Origin: Candidatus Liptonbacteria bacterium
Lineage (GTDB): Bacteria > Patescibacteriota > Minisyncoccia > UBA6257 > 2-01-FULL-56-20
Assembly (NCBI GenBank): GCA_016867315.1
Contig: VGJV01000002.1
Location: 51,386-115,385 of the forward strand
Direction of reading: 5' to 3'
Length of the DNA: 64,000 nucleotides
Shown here: positions 28,763 through 38,157 of the stretch, piece after piece
Position numbering within the stretch: position 1 is the stretch's first letter
Layout of the letters: each line of letters begins with the position of its first letter
Notes under the pieces: generated by a model
The model's database searches: none
Seen by the model: only the letters and a program-made list of their open reading frames with translations
Told to the model about the DNA's origin: nothing
Position numbers and translations under genes: made by a program

Positions 28763-28868
28763 GGGTTAATTTATTTTAGTATGTACGGCTCTCGACGTTC
28801 GAAGAGCCTTATACGACTTGTTTATTCTATGAATAACCGGTCAAAAGTCAAATACACAGCTCGTGGTT

Positions 28869-30971
28869 TTATTTCTTTTTTCCCTCGATGATGAGCTGCG
28901 CCACGTTCTGCGGCGTGGGTTCATAGTGGTCGAACTCCATCGTAAATGATCCTCTCCCCTGCGTCATAGATCGAAGTTCCGTCGCATACCCGAACATTTC
29001 AGAAAGCGGCACCTTCGCATCGATCACTTTGATGTTCACACGATCACCCAGGTTTTCGATCTTGCCTCGCTTCGAATTCACGTTTCCAGTAACTTCCCCA
29101 AGGAAATCCGGCGGCACGATCACTTGAAGCTTCATGACCGGTTCCAAAATCACAGGATTGGCGCGCTTCACTGCTTCCTGGAAGGCCATCGAACCTGCAA
29201 TCTTGAACGCCGCTTCCGAAGAGTCCACTTCGTGGAAGGACCCGTCATAGAGCTCCACCTCGACATCGATCATCGGATAATGCGCGAGTACCCCGCGATC
29301 GAGCGCTTCTTTGACTCCCTTTTCTACTGCCGGAATGAATTCGCGGGGAATCACTCCTCCCTTGATCGCATCCACAAACACAAAGCCTGTCCCGCGCTCA
29401 AGCGATTTAACTTTGAGCCGCACATGTCCGTATTGTCCGCGTCCACCGGATTGCTTGATATACTTGCCTTCCGCTTCGGCAGACCCGGTGATGGTTTCTT
29501 TGTATGCCACCTGCGGACGTCCCACGGATGCTTCCACCCCGAATTCCCGCTTCATGCGGTCCACGATGATTTCCAAATGCAATTCGCCCATACCCGAAAT
29601 GATAGTCTCTCCCGTCTCGGGGTCTCCCGCCACTCGGAATGTAGGATCTTCTTCCGCCAACCGGCGAAGGGCGGTACCCATTTTTTCCTGGTCAGCTTTG
29701 GTTTTGGGTTCGATGCGGATTCCGATCACGGGCTCGGGGAAGGTGATCTTCTCAAGCACAATAAGCTTCTCCGTATCACAAAGCGTGTCTCCGGTGGTAG
29801 TGCCTTTGAGCCCCACGATTGCGGCAATTTCTCCCGCATATACTTCTTCCACTTCTTCCCGCTGGTTTGCGTGCAAGCGCACGACGCGGCCGATACGTTC
29901 CTGCACTCCTTTCGTGGAGTTAAATACATACGATCCCCGCTTCAACACTCCCGCATAGTTGCGGAAGAAGGTAAGCGATCCGACGAATGGGTCCGCCGCG
30001 ATTTTGAACGCGAGCGCCGTGAAAGGTTCGGCATCATCCGCCGTGCGGGTAAGCTCTCCTCCTTTTTCATCAGTCCCTTTGACCGGCGGTAAGTCCAGTG
30101 GCGAGGGGAGATAATCCACCACCGCATCGAGTACGAACTGCACGCCCTTGTTTTTGAGTGCTGATCCGCAAAGTACGGGTACGATTTTGTAGCCAATCAC
30201 CATCTTTCGAAGCGTCCGGCGCAGGTCTTCGAGACCGATTTCTTTCCCTTCGAGGTAGCTCGCCATTAAGGCGTCGTCTCCCTCCACAATCTTCTCGACA
30301 AGCTGGTGCCGCCATTTCTCCACTTCTTCTTTCATAGTGTCCGGAATAGGGATTTCTTTGATGTTCTCCCCGTGCTCTCCTTCAAAGGCATACGCCTTCA
30401 TGCGCATAAGATCGACGATACCTCGGTGCTCCGATTCGAGTCCGATAGGCAGCTGAATGGGGTAAGCGTTCGGCGTGAGCCGCTCCCGGATCGCCTCGAA
30501 ACTTCCCCAGAAGCTTGCACCCATCCGGTCCATTTTGTTGATAAAGCAAAGCCGCGGCACATGATATTCGTCCGCATAATGCCAGTTGGTTTCGGTCTGC
30601 GGTTCCACACCGCTCACGCCGTCGAATACGACGACTGCGCCATCGAGCACACGGAGCGACCGCTTCACCTCCACGGTAAAGTCGATGTGGCCTGGCGTAT
30701 CGATAAGGTTGATGCGATGCGAAAAATTCTTATCGTTCCCGCGATAGGTGGGCACCCAAAACGCGGTAGTAGCCGCAGCGGTAATCGTGATACCACGCTC
30801 CCGTTCCTGTTCCATCCAGTCCATCACGGTGTCCCCCGTGTGCACCTCTCCGATCTTGTGCGACACTCCCGTATAAAAAAGAATCCGCTCGGAAACGGTA
30901 GTTTTTCCGGCGTCAATATGCGCCACAATTCCTATATTACGAATCTTCTCGATAGGGTATAACCTTGCCAT
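28869..30971 (-). CDS. fusA: elongation factor G
   Basis: [30 protein letters not shown]. Confidence 0.98.
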   Translation of the reverse strand: MARLYPIEKIRNIGIVAHIDAGKTTVSERILFYTGVSHKIGEVHTGDTVMDWMEQERERGITITAAATTAFWVPTYRGNDKNFSHRINLIDTPGHIDFTVEVKRSLRVLDGAVVVFDGVSGVEPQTETNWHYADEYHVPRLCFINKMDRMGASFWGSFEAIRERLTPNAYPIQLPIGLESEHRGIVDLMRMKAYAFEGEHGENIKEIPIPDTMKEEVEKWRHQLVEKIVEGDDALMASYLEGKEIGLEDLRRTLRKMVIGYKIVPVLCGSALKNKGVQFVLDAVVDYLPSPLDLPPVKGTDEKGGELTRTADDAEPFTALAFKIAADPFVGSLTFFRNYAGVLKRGSYVFNSTKGVQERIGRVVRLHANQREEVEEVYAGEIAAIVGLKGTTTGDTLCDTEKLIVLEKITFPEPVIGIRIEPKTKADQEKMGTALRRLAEEDPTFRVAGDPETGETIISGMGELHLEIIVDRMKREFGVEASVGRPQVAYKETITGSAEAEGKYIKQSGGRGQYGHVRLKVKSLERGTGFVFVDAIKGGVIPREFIPAVEKGVKEALDRGVLAHYPMIDVEVELYDGSFHEVDSSEAAFKIAGSMAFQEAVKRANPVILEPVMKLQVIVPPDFLGEVTGNVNSKRGKIENLGDRVNIKVIDAKVPLSEMFGYATELRSMTQGRGSFTMEFDHYEPTPQNVAQLIIEGKKK

Positions 30972-31005
30972 AAAATTTAATTAGAAATTGACGCGGGAAA
31001 AGGGT

Positions 31006-31081
31006 CGGAAAAACGGGAGTTTTTCCGTGGCGGAAGTGCAATTGAAACCGAGGGGTTTCAAGGAGTGGCGCGAAGCGTCGC
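31006..31081 (+). other. three-hairpin intergenic element in the rpsG-fusA spacer
   Basis: CGGAAAAAC-GGGA-GTTTTTCCG; TTGAAACC-GAGG-GGTTTCAA; GTGGCGC-GAA-GCGTCGC. Confidence 0.6.
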
Positions 31082-31153
31082 GACCGGAAATATGTGCAAC
31101 AATCCCAATATTTCTAATTTTCTCAATCGGATACTGACGTGGCATATAGTTGA

Positions 31154-31621
31154 TTACCGTGCAAAGTGCGCGAATGCGCGGTTGGCCTCGGCCATACGAT
31201 GCATATCCTGTTTCTTCTTGATCGCAGCTCCCTCATTCTTCGAAGCCGCAATGAGCTCTTCCGCGAGCTTCTCCGCCATAGGCTTGCCCTTCTTCGATCG
31301 AGCGGATTCCACGATCCAACGCACCGCGAGCATGAAGCGGCGCTCCGGTCGCACCTCCTGCGGCACCTGATAGTTCGCTCCTCCCACGCGTCGCGAGCGC
31401 ACCTCAAGCATGGGCGAAGCTTGTTCCAACGCTTTTTCAAAAATTTTCACCGGATCCTCTCCCGTAGTTTTCTTCACCGCTTCAAAAGCCCCGTACACGA
31501 TTCGCTCCGCGGTCGTCTTTTTCCCGTCTTTCATCACGTAATTCACAAACCGGCCGATATCGACCCGACTGTGGAGAAGGTCAGGCTTATGGTACTTCTT
31601 ATATACTCGCTTTTTTCGCAT
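31154..31621 (-). CDS. rpsG: 30S ribosomal protein uS7
   Basis: RRVGGANYQVP, HRMAEANRAFAH. Confidence 0.97.
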   Translation of the reverse strand: MRKKRVYKKYHKPDLLHSRVDIGRFVNYVMKDGKKTTAERIVYGAFEAVKKTTGEDPVKIFEKALEQASPMLEVRSRRVGGANYQVPQEVRPERRFMLAVRWIVESARSKKGKPMAEKLAEELIAASKNEGAAIKKKQDMHRMAEANRAFAHFAR

Positions 31622-31631
31622 GCTCTAAATT

Positions 31632-32048
31632 CTATGCTCCTTTGGGACGCTTCGCTCCATACTTCGACCGCTGTTGCTTTCTCGCATCTACTCCCGTGGT
31701 ATCCAAAACCCCACGCACAATGTGATATCGCACTCCAGGCAAGTCTTTTACACGCCCTCCGCGGATCACGACGATCGAGTGCTCCTGCAGATTGTGCCCT
31801 TCTCCCGGAATATAGGCGGTCACTTCCATGCCGTTCGTAAGGCGTACCCGAGCCACTTTCCGAAGGGCCGAGTTCGGTTTCTTCGGAGTCGTCGTGAACA
31901 CTTTTACACACACCCCCCGCTTAAAGGGCGATGGGGAATCCACCGGCCGGTTCTGAATAGTATTGAAATAGTATGACAACGCCGGCGATTTGGTCTTCGC
32001 CTTCAAAGGATGACGTCCACGCTTTACTAATTGGTTAATGGTAGGCAT
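31632..32048 (-). CDS. rpsL: 30S ribosomal protein uS12
   Basis: [22 protein letters not shown]. Confidence 0.98.
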   Translation of the reverse strand: MPTINQLVKRGRHPLKAKTKSPALSYYFNTIQNRPVDSPSPFKRGVCVKVFTTTPKKPNSALRKVARVRLTNGMEVTAYIPGEGHNLQEHSIVVIRGGRVKDLPGVRYHIVRGVLDTTGVDARKQQRSKYGAKRPKGA

Positions 32049-32143
32049 AACACACGGAATCTAGAAGCTAGTAAAGTAGAATCTAGAATGAAACAAACAA
32101 TACATTATAAAATGCCCCCGCGCAACTGGGGCATGCGTCCCTT

Positions 32144-32171
32144 ATTCTATATAACTCCTTACTACTGTCAA
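32144..32171 (-). promoter_or_regulatory. promoter of the str operon
   Basis: TTGACA-16-TAGAAT. Confidence 0.65.
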
Positions 32172-32232
32172 TAAAAGCACGCGGGCGAGCCATGAAAGAC
32201 CCGCCCACATAGTAAAAGAAAAAACCTTCAGA

Positions 32233-32736
32233 TCAGAGCAAAGCGACAATTCGCCAGCCCACACAGGGCTCCAAACGAGAGAATCCTTCTTGTTCCGCGC
32301 CTGGAAAACACTCGTGAAGCATATTGGTAAAGTGAAGCTCAGCCAAAACACGCTGTCGTGTGAGTCGCTTCATCTCCGCCCAAAATTTAGCGTAGTCTCC
32401 ATCCTCTCCGAGCAAGGCAACTTCCTCATCGCCAAGATCGAAAGCGATAACCCTTGCTGCCGGAACGTCCGGCAACCAGCGTTTGGCCGCACTCTGTTCT
32501 TGCGCTCTGCAATGTTCGCGCCAATCGAAAAGTCTTTGGCCTGTTCCTTCTCCCAAAATACCCATCACCTTTTCCCCCGTCTGTACTTCCCGCGTAGGTG
32601 AAACTCTTGGGATCTGCAAAGTACCGTCCGAAATATCGAGCACGCGTGCCAGAAAATTATGTTCGGGGATATGGGTTGGTTTAGGAGATTTGATTGCTGG
32701 GGGATTTGCTGAAACCGATTCAATAGTAGCGTTCAT
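32233..32736 (-). CDS. hypothetical protein
   Basis: 167-aa ORF filling the gap; no motif recognised. Confidence 0.55.
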   Translation of the reverse strand: MNATIESVSANPPAIKSPKPTHIPEHNFLARVLDISDGTLQIPRVSPTREVQTGEKVMGILGEGTGQRLFDWREHCRAQEQSAAKRWLPDVPAARVIAFDLGDEEVALLGEDGDYAKFWAEMKRLTRQRVLAELHFTNMLHECFPGAEQEGFSRLEPCVGWRIVALL

Positions 32737-32825
32737 ACTCTTCTAGACATAACTTGGTTGGTAAGTTTCGCAAGCAAAAAGCTTGCCCGTCTGCGCGGAT
32801 AATAGCATGCACTGGTTGTAAATTT

Positions 32826-33452
32826 CTACAACCCCGTAAGCAAAGAAAAAAGAGAATGCATGAGCGGTACAATGAGATCAAACCCGAAGAATATAAAGAG
32901 AAGGAGAAGAATCAGCCCGTTGTGTTCGAGAAAAGTAATGACTGCAGCTCCTTTATCCGTACGCGGCAAAAGTGCATAGAGCACCTTCGATCCATCTAAA
33001 GGAGGCAAAGGCACTAAATTGAAAATAGTGAGCAGAATATTGATCTGCACAATCATCGCAAAGAACACCACGAGCATTGGATTCCCTTCCATCGCGACAA
33101 CAAAACGAAGCAAAATACTGAAAGCCACCGCAAGCGCGAGATTAGACGCCGGTCCCGCGAGTGCTATTTTCGCCGCCGCCGTCACCGGGTTCTTGAGATG
33201 CCACGGGTTGTAAGGTACGGGTTTCGCCCACCCCACGATGAATGTCCCGCCGGATACGAACCAAAGCATCACGGGCAAGAGAATTGACCCGATGGGATCG
33301 ATGTGCGGAATGGGATTCAAGGTAATCCGCCCGAGCATCCGCGCGGTAGGATCTCCCAGCTTCTCCGCCATCGCCCCATGCGAGACTTCATGAATCACTA
33401 CGGAGAACACGAACACCAGCAATTCAAATATAAAAAGTGAAACGTTGTCCAT
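32826..33452 (-). CDS. site-2 protease family (M50) membrane metalloprotease
   Basis: HEVSH, GDPT, AGPASN, FNLVPLPPLDG; start moved past the tRNA. Confidence 0.92.
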   Translation of the reverse strand: MDNVSLFIFELLVFVFSVVIHEVSHGAMAEKLGDPTARMLGRITLNPIPHIDPIGSILLPVMLWFVSGGTFIVGWAKPVPYNPWHLKNPVTAAAKIALAGPASNLALAVAFSILLRFVVAMEGNPMLVVFFAMIVQINILLTIFNLVPLPPLDGSKVLYALLPRTDKGAAVITFLEHNGLILLLLFIFFGFDLIVPLMHSLFSLLTGL

Positions 33453-33456
33453 AAAA

Positions 33457-33533
33457 TGGTGCGCCCGGAGGGACTCGAACCCCCAACCCCTTGGTTCGAA
33501 GCCAAGTACTCTATCCAATTGAGCTACGGGCGC
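33457..33533 (-). tRNA. tRNA-Arg(TCG)
   Basis: GCGCCCG acceptor, CTTGG-CT TCG AA-CCAAG anticodon arm, encoded CCA. Confidence 0.95.
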
Positions 33534-33623
33534 TTCCCCCGCATAGTATCAGGTCAGAGAAAATTAGAGAAGTTGCTTTAAAAACCATTCTTACGCTATA
33601 CACCTTAACAAAGGAAAAACTGA

Positions 33624-34706
33624 TTGAAACCGACCAATAATAAACCGAAAGAAGAACAAGCATTCAACCCAAACGCCGCTGCACTCCCGGATTCCGGAAT
33701 TTTCGGCCTACCATGTGATCCCAAGAAAGATAAAGTGATTATTCTGCCCGTTCCGTTCGAGGCAACCACTTCCTACGGCGGAGGTACCGCGAATGGCCCG
33801 CAAGCGATTTTTCACGCGAGCAAACAAGTGGACCTCTTCGATCCGATCACGGGAAATCCCTACGAAGCGGGCATCTCGATGCTTCTCGAGTCCCGGGAAA
33901 TCATCGCGCTCAATAAAAAGGCTCGCGCACTTGCTCAGCCCATCATCCAAGCAGGCGGAGTGGCACCGGGAAACAAACGGCACGAACGGGATGCCGCAGA
34001 GGTAAATGAAATATGCAACAGGGTCCATCGGAAGATCTATGAGCATGTGAAAATCCAACTCGAGCGAGATAAGATTCCCATTGTGCTTGGAGGAGACCAC
34101 TCAGTTGCGCAAGGTGCAATCGAAGCTTACGCGGAAAAATTCCCCAAACTTGGAGTGCTTCAAATTGATGCACATGCCGATCTGCGAGACGGCTTCGAAG
34201 GATTCGAGTACTCCCACGCTTCAGTCATGCACAATGTCCTCTACAGGCGACTCCTCCCGGGAAGTATCGAGAGACTTGTGCAAGTGGGACTGCGGGACAT
34301 AGGACCCGAAGAACACGAGTGCATTCAAACCGAGCGAACTATGAAAATCAAAGCCTTCTTCGCACACGAAGTGAAACGAGGCGCTTGTAGTCCAAGCTTC
34401 GTTTCGAACATATTCTGGAAAATTGCACAGGCGCTTCCAGACGAAGTGTATGTGTCCTTCGACATCGACGGCCTTGATCAATCCATGTGCCCGCACACAG
34501 GCACGCCGGTTCCCGGAGGGCTCACCTGGGACGAGATGGAACAAATTCTCCAGGCTCTCGTCGAAAATGGCAAACGAATCGTGGGCTGCGACCTGGTGGA
34601 AGTTACACCTGGCCCAACCCACGGCGATGAATGGGATGCGAACGTAGGGGCCCGAGTGCTTTACAAGCTTATCGGCTATATGCTCCTGTCGCAAAAAAAT
34701 AAATAG
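33624..34706 (+). CDS. agmatinase / ureohydrolase family protein
   Basis: GGDHS, DAHADLR, SFDIDGLD, PHTGTPVPGG; TTG start. Confidence 0.88.
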   Translation: MKPTNNKPKEEQAFNPNAAALPDSGIFGLPCDPKKDKVIILPVPFEATTSYGGGTANGPQAIFHASKQVDLFDPITGNPYEAGISMLLESREIIALNKKARALAQPIIQAGGVAPGNKRHERDAAEVNEICNRVHRKIYEHVKIQLERDKIPIVLGGDHSVAQGAIEAYAEKFPKLGVLQIDAHADLRDGFEGFEYSHASVMHNVLYRRLLPGSIERLVQVGLRDIGPEEHECIQTERTMKIKAFFAHEVKRGACSPSFVSNIFWKIAQALPDEVYVSFDIDGLDQSMCPHTGTPVPGGLTWDEMEQILQALVENGKRIVGCDLVEVTPGPTHGDEWDANVGARVLYKLIGYMLLSQKNK

Positions 34707-34751
34707 TTGGAAGAAAGAAATTACAGAAAAGAAAATAGAATTAAAGAAAAG

Positions 34752-34793
34752 AAACGTCCCGCAATTGCCAATTCTGGCGACTGCGGGACGTTT
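34752..34793. terminator. bidirectional terminator
   Basis: AAACGTCCCGCA / TGCGGGACGTTT between convergent genes. Confidence 0.75.
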
Positions 34794-34802
34794 TGATTTT
34801 GC

Positions 34803-37664
34803 CTATCTCCCTCCCAAAAGATTCACGAACGGCGCAATGATTGTTCCTAAAAGTGAGGGCTGATTTCTCGAAGACTGCGGAGGTGGCGGAGGAGGTTGCG
34901 ACTCTCCACTAGGAGGGGGAGGAGGTGGAGGTGTTCCCTGACTCGGCTGAGGGTACGTGCCCTGCGGAGGCTGAGGATACATTCCTTGCGGAGGGTACTG
35001 CATTCCTCCCGGCGGCTTAGGATACTGACCATCCATTCCCGGCTGGAAACCCGCCGGAGGATTCATAGGATATTGCCCCGGCTGTCCTGGAGTCCCTGGT
35101 TGACCCGGAAATCCCCCCTGTGGAGGCATGCCTGGAGCTCCCGTCGGGAACTGCCCCTGCATCTGTCGGTTCACTTCTCCCTGAAACCGCTCTTGATACT
35201 GTTTCTGAAACTCCGCGTTGTACTGCTGATTAAATTGCTGATTGAACTGCTGCCTATGCTGCTCGTTAAATTGCTCCGGCCGTTGCCCACTCTCCACCGG
35301 AGGCCCGATCGGGCGCGGAGGAACTCTCCCCGGCTCTATGCGGCCGCCTTCCTGTCCAGGAGCACCGCCGTGTTGATTTTTTCCTTGCTCCATCTTGCCG
35401 TAACACTCTCCAATAGCTTTAGCGACTTCGGGAGAAGGCTCACTTCCTCGGCGCAGTTTTTCCAAATCCGCGGCCTCCCCCAGCATAGTCTTCACGCACT
35501 GGAGTACTGGCTCTGGTGCAGGACCCCTGCCCTGCACAGCACCTTGTCCTTGCGGATTCCCCGGAGGTCCGAACCGCTGGTCAGGTTTGCCTCCAGGAAA
35601 ATTCCCTTGTCCCCCTCGGGAACCTGGCAAACTCTCAAAACACTCCTGCATGGCTTTTCCTATAGCTCCTCCCCGGCCACCTCCCGCACGCAATGCTTCC
35701 CCACCTACTTCCCCTCCTATTTTTCCTTTCACGCAGGAAAGCACTTCAGGAGGTATCCCATGCTGAGGCCCCCCTTTAGTTCCCTGCTCTCCCGCGAAAC
35801 TTCCTTGCCCAGGTCTCTGCATTTTCCCGAAACACTCCCGAATGGCCTGTCCCAGAGACCCCCGGTCCGATTCCGCACCGCGCAGCTTTTCCTCAGTAAC
35901 CTCACTACCTGTTTTTTCTTTTACGCACGAGAGCACCTCATGAGGAATTCCTCCCCGCCCGAATGCCTGCCCTTCTCCAGACGGAAATCCTTGCGACCCG
36001 GGGCCACTTGGAAACCCTCCTTGCTCGCCTCGCTCATACCTAGCAGGCGAAGCGGGCCCGCCCTCTCCTCCTGCGGGAGGACCGAAGTGTTCTTGAGGCC
36101 GGAACTGCTCGAAACAACCCCTCATAACCGAAGGGTCTAATCCTTCGACAAGTTCCCCATTTTGAAGCTTTTCGAAATTCGCACCAAGCTTCTCCTTGAA
36201 ACAACTCGCCACTTGAGGTGGAGCCGTACGAAGGAACCGCTGAAAGTCGTGTGGTTGAGGCCTTCCGAATCCTCGACCAGCACCCCCTTGTCCCGGCTGT
36301 CCAGGGCCGCCTGGCTGCCCTCGGAATTCTCCTCCCGGACCACCCGGTCCCCCGGGCTCTCCGAAAAATCCTCCTTTTTCAAATTGCACACTTTGGAAAC
36401 ACACTCGGAAGGTATCCGCGATCTCGGGCGTAGGCGCTTCTTCTCCTTTCTTTATCTTCTCAAATTTATCCCCGAGTTTTTCCTGAATACAAGCGATCAC
36501 CCCCTTCGGGGCATCCTTGAACATATCCTGCGGACCTTTGCGATGTCCGAACTTCTCAAAACACCCCCCCACGCGCTCTCCAATTTCCGGCCCAGGAGTA
36601 AGTTTCCCAGATTCAATATCTTCAATCACATTTGGGCCCACCACCGATTTCAAACAGGCTGCCACTTCTGGAGGAGCATGCTCAAGGCCCGCACGCACCC
36701 GCACAAAGCCCTCTTTGGCCCGCCGCACTTCTTCTTTGCTGATAAATCCATGTTCTTCCGCAAATTTAAAACAGGCTTCTCGATTTGCCGGATCATTACA
36801 GTACGCCTCACACGCCCGGGGAGAGCTACAACCTCCCGGCCCCTTGCCTCCAGTTTTGCGAATCCGTTCTGCTTCGTCTCGGGACATAAACCCAGCTTTT
36901 TCTGCAAACGCCACGCATTCTTCTCCATGCGCCGGCCCATTGCAATATGCCTCACACGCTTCCTTGGATTTACAGCCGCCAGGAGTTTCCCCTTTTTTCG
37001 CAAGCTCCATCACCTTCTGGAACTGCTCAGGAGAAAGATCGTCATCTCCGTGCTGCGGCCCAGGCCCTCCCGGCCGCGCCTGTCCTTTGGCCTGAATAAT
37101 CCCCGCCTTCTTTGCAAACTCAAAACACTCTTCCGCATGGGAAAAATCACTGCAATATGTTTTACATTCCTGCTCGGATTTACATCCTCCAGGCGTAGTA
37201 CCTCCCGCCTTGATATGCTTTAATACCCTCTCCCCCTGTTCCAAATCCCTGCTTTTAATCCCCTGTTTCTTCGCAAAACTCACACATTCTTCTAAATGAG
37301 TGATATCGCTGCAGTACGCTTCACATTCCCCGGGGCTTTTACACCCACCCGGTCCCCCCTTCGCCACCGCCTGGGAGAATTTTTTTGCCCGTTGAGCCTC
37401 TTCTTTATTCATCAATCCGCTCTTCTCCGCAAACGCCACGCACGCTTCTACATTCGCGGGATTTTCACAGTATTGTTTGCAGGCCTGTTTATCCCCGCAG
37501 TTCCCCAATTCCGGGATGGGAAAAATAATACCGCTCGCTTGAATCTGCGCGTCCGTGGGGCCTTCCGGCACATTCGATTCTTGGGCATACACTGCCCCGA
37601 AAAATCCCGCCCATACAAACGCGAACCCCACCAGACCAAGCCCAATGCGCAATTTGATATTCAT
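34803..37664 (-). CDS. 953-aa secreted Cys-repeat protein with Gly/Pro/Gln-rich tail
   Basis: Signal peptide; about five PGGCKS..C.AYC...EEC..FA repeats; about six P.V..C.K..LG...CF repeats. Confidence 0.85.
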   Translation of the reverse strand: MNIKLRIGLGLVGFAFVWAGFFGAVYAQESNVPEGPTDAQIQASGIIFPIPELGNCGDKQACKQYCENPANVEACVAFAEKSGLMNKEEAQRAKKFSQAVAKGGPGGCKSPGECEAYCSDITHLEECVSFAKKQGIKSRDLEQGERVLKHIKAGGTTPGGCKSEQECKTYCSDFSHAEECFEFAKKAGIIQAKGQARPGGPGPQHGDDDLSPEQFQKVMELAKKGETPGGCKSKEACEAYCNGPAHGEECVAFAEKAGFMSRDEAERIRKTGGKGPGGCSSPRACEAYCNDPANREACFKFAEEHGFISKEEVRRAKEGFVRVRAGLEHAPPEVAACLKSVVGPNVIEDIESGKLTPGPEIGERVGGCFEKFGHRKGPQDMFKDAPKGVIACIQEKLGDKFEKIKKGEEAPTPEIADTFRVCFQSVQFEKGGFFGEPGGPGGPGGEFRGQPGGPGQPGQGGAGRGFGRPQPHDFQRFLRTAPPQVASCFKEKLGANFEKLQNGELVEGLDPSVMRGCFEQFRPQEHFGPPAGGEGGPASPARYERGEQGGFPSGPGSQGFPSGEGQAFGRGGIPHEVLSCVKEKTGSEVTEEKLRGAESDRGSLGQAIRECFGKMQRPGQGSFAGEQGTKGGPQHGIPPEVLSCVKGKIGGEVGGEALRAGGGRGGAIGKAMQECFESLPGSRGGQGNFPGGKPDQRFGPPGNPQGQGAVQGRGPAPEPVLQCVKTMLGEAADLEKLRRGSEPSPEVAKAIGECYGKMEQGKNQHGGAPGQEGGRIEPGRVPPRPIGPPVESGQRPEQFNEQHRQQFNQQFNQQYNAEFQKQYQERFQGEVNRQMQGQFPTGAPGMPPQGGFPGQPGTPGQPGQYPMNPPAGFQPGMDGQYPKPPGGMQYPPQGMYPQPPQGTYPQPSQGTPPPPPPPSGESQPPPPPPQSSRNQPSLLGTIIAPFVNLLGGR

Positions 37665-37685
37665 TGGATAAATTAAGAGAATCCC

Positions 37686-37958
37686 TTACTCAAAGGGATT
37701 CTTGTATGCATCCTTTATAGGATTCGGCGCCGGCGCTAATTCCGGCACTTTGTCTTGAAGCGGATTCTGCGCCTTCTCCAAAATTGAAGCTCCTAAACTA
37801 GAAGTAGATACCGCTTCAGTCTGAGCAGCAGAAGGAGCTGCAGGAGCCTGCCCCGTTGAAGGAGAAGGAGAAACATCTGCAGAGAGCACATACCACACTG
37901 CGACCGCTGCCGCGATAATGAGTATGGCCCCCACCACAATTATTTCTTTCTTATTCAC
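37686..37958 (-). CDS. small membrane-anchored hypothetical protein
   Basis: GTG start, TM helix, C-terminal NP...YKNPFE. Confidence 0.65.
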   Translation of the reverse strand: MNKKEIIVVGAILIIAAAVAVWYVLSADVSPSPSTGQAPAAPSAAQTEAVSTSSLGASILEKAQNPLQDKVPELAPAPNPIKDAYKNPFE

Positions 37959-38047
37959 GTATTTTACATTGTAACAAACTCTCTCACCTGCAATTGTGGA
38001 TATCTCCGTTATCAATAAAAATATGAAGGGCGCGTAGTCTCGTTCGC

Positions 38048-38150
38048 GCTTCGATATGTCCGGCGGGGATTCTCGGAGCGCGACGGCGTGAGAGTATAGC
38101 GGCCGCGAGAGCCCCGCGCGGACCGCGTCCCCGCAGGACATATGGGAAGC
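38048..38150. repeat. post-stop three-way-junction element, copy 5
   Basis: Outer stem GCTTC.ATATGTCC.GCGGGGA / TCCCCGC.GGACATAT..GAAGC; 7 nt after the Kelch gene stop. Confidence 0.85.
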
Positions 38151-38157
38151 AACAGAA

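Noticed and set aside
23633-37223. Long plus-strand ORFs such as 23633-24649, 29124-30092, 34896-36140 and 36162-37223
   Set aside because: Antisense shadows of rplB, fusA and the low-complexity Cys-repeat gene.
1235-38150. Junction elements as integron attC sites
   Set aside because: No RYYYAAC/GTTRRRY ends, branched fold, located after core genes, and no integrase seen.
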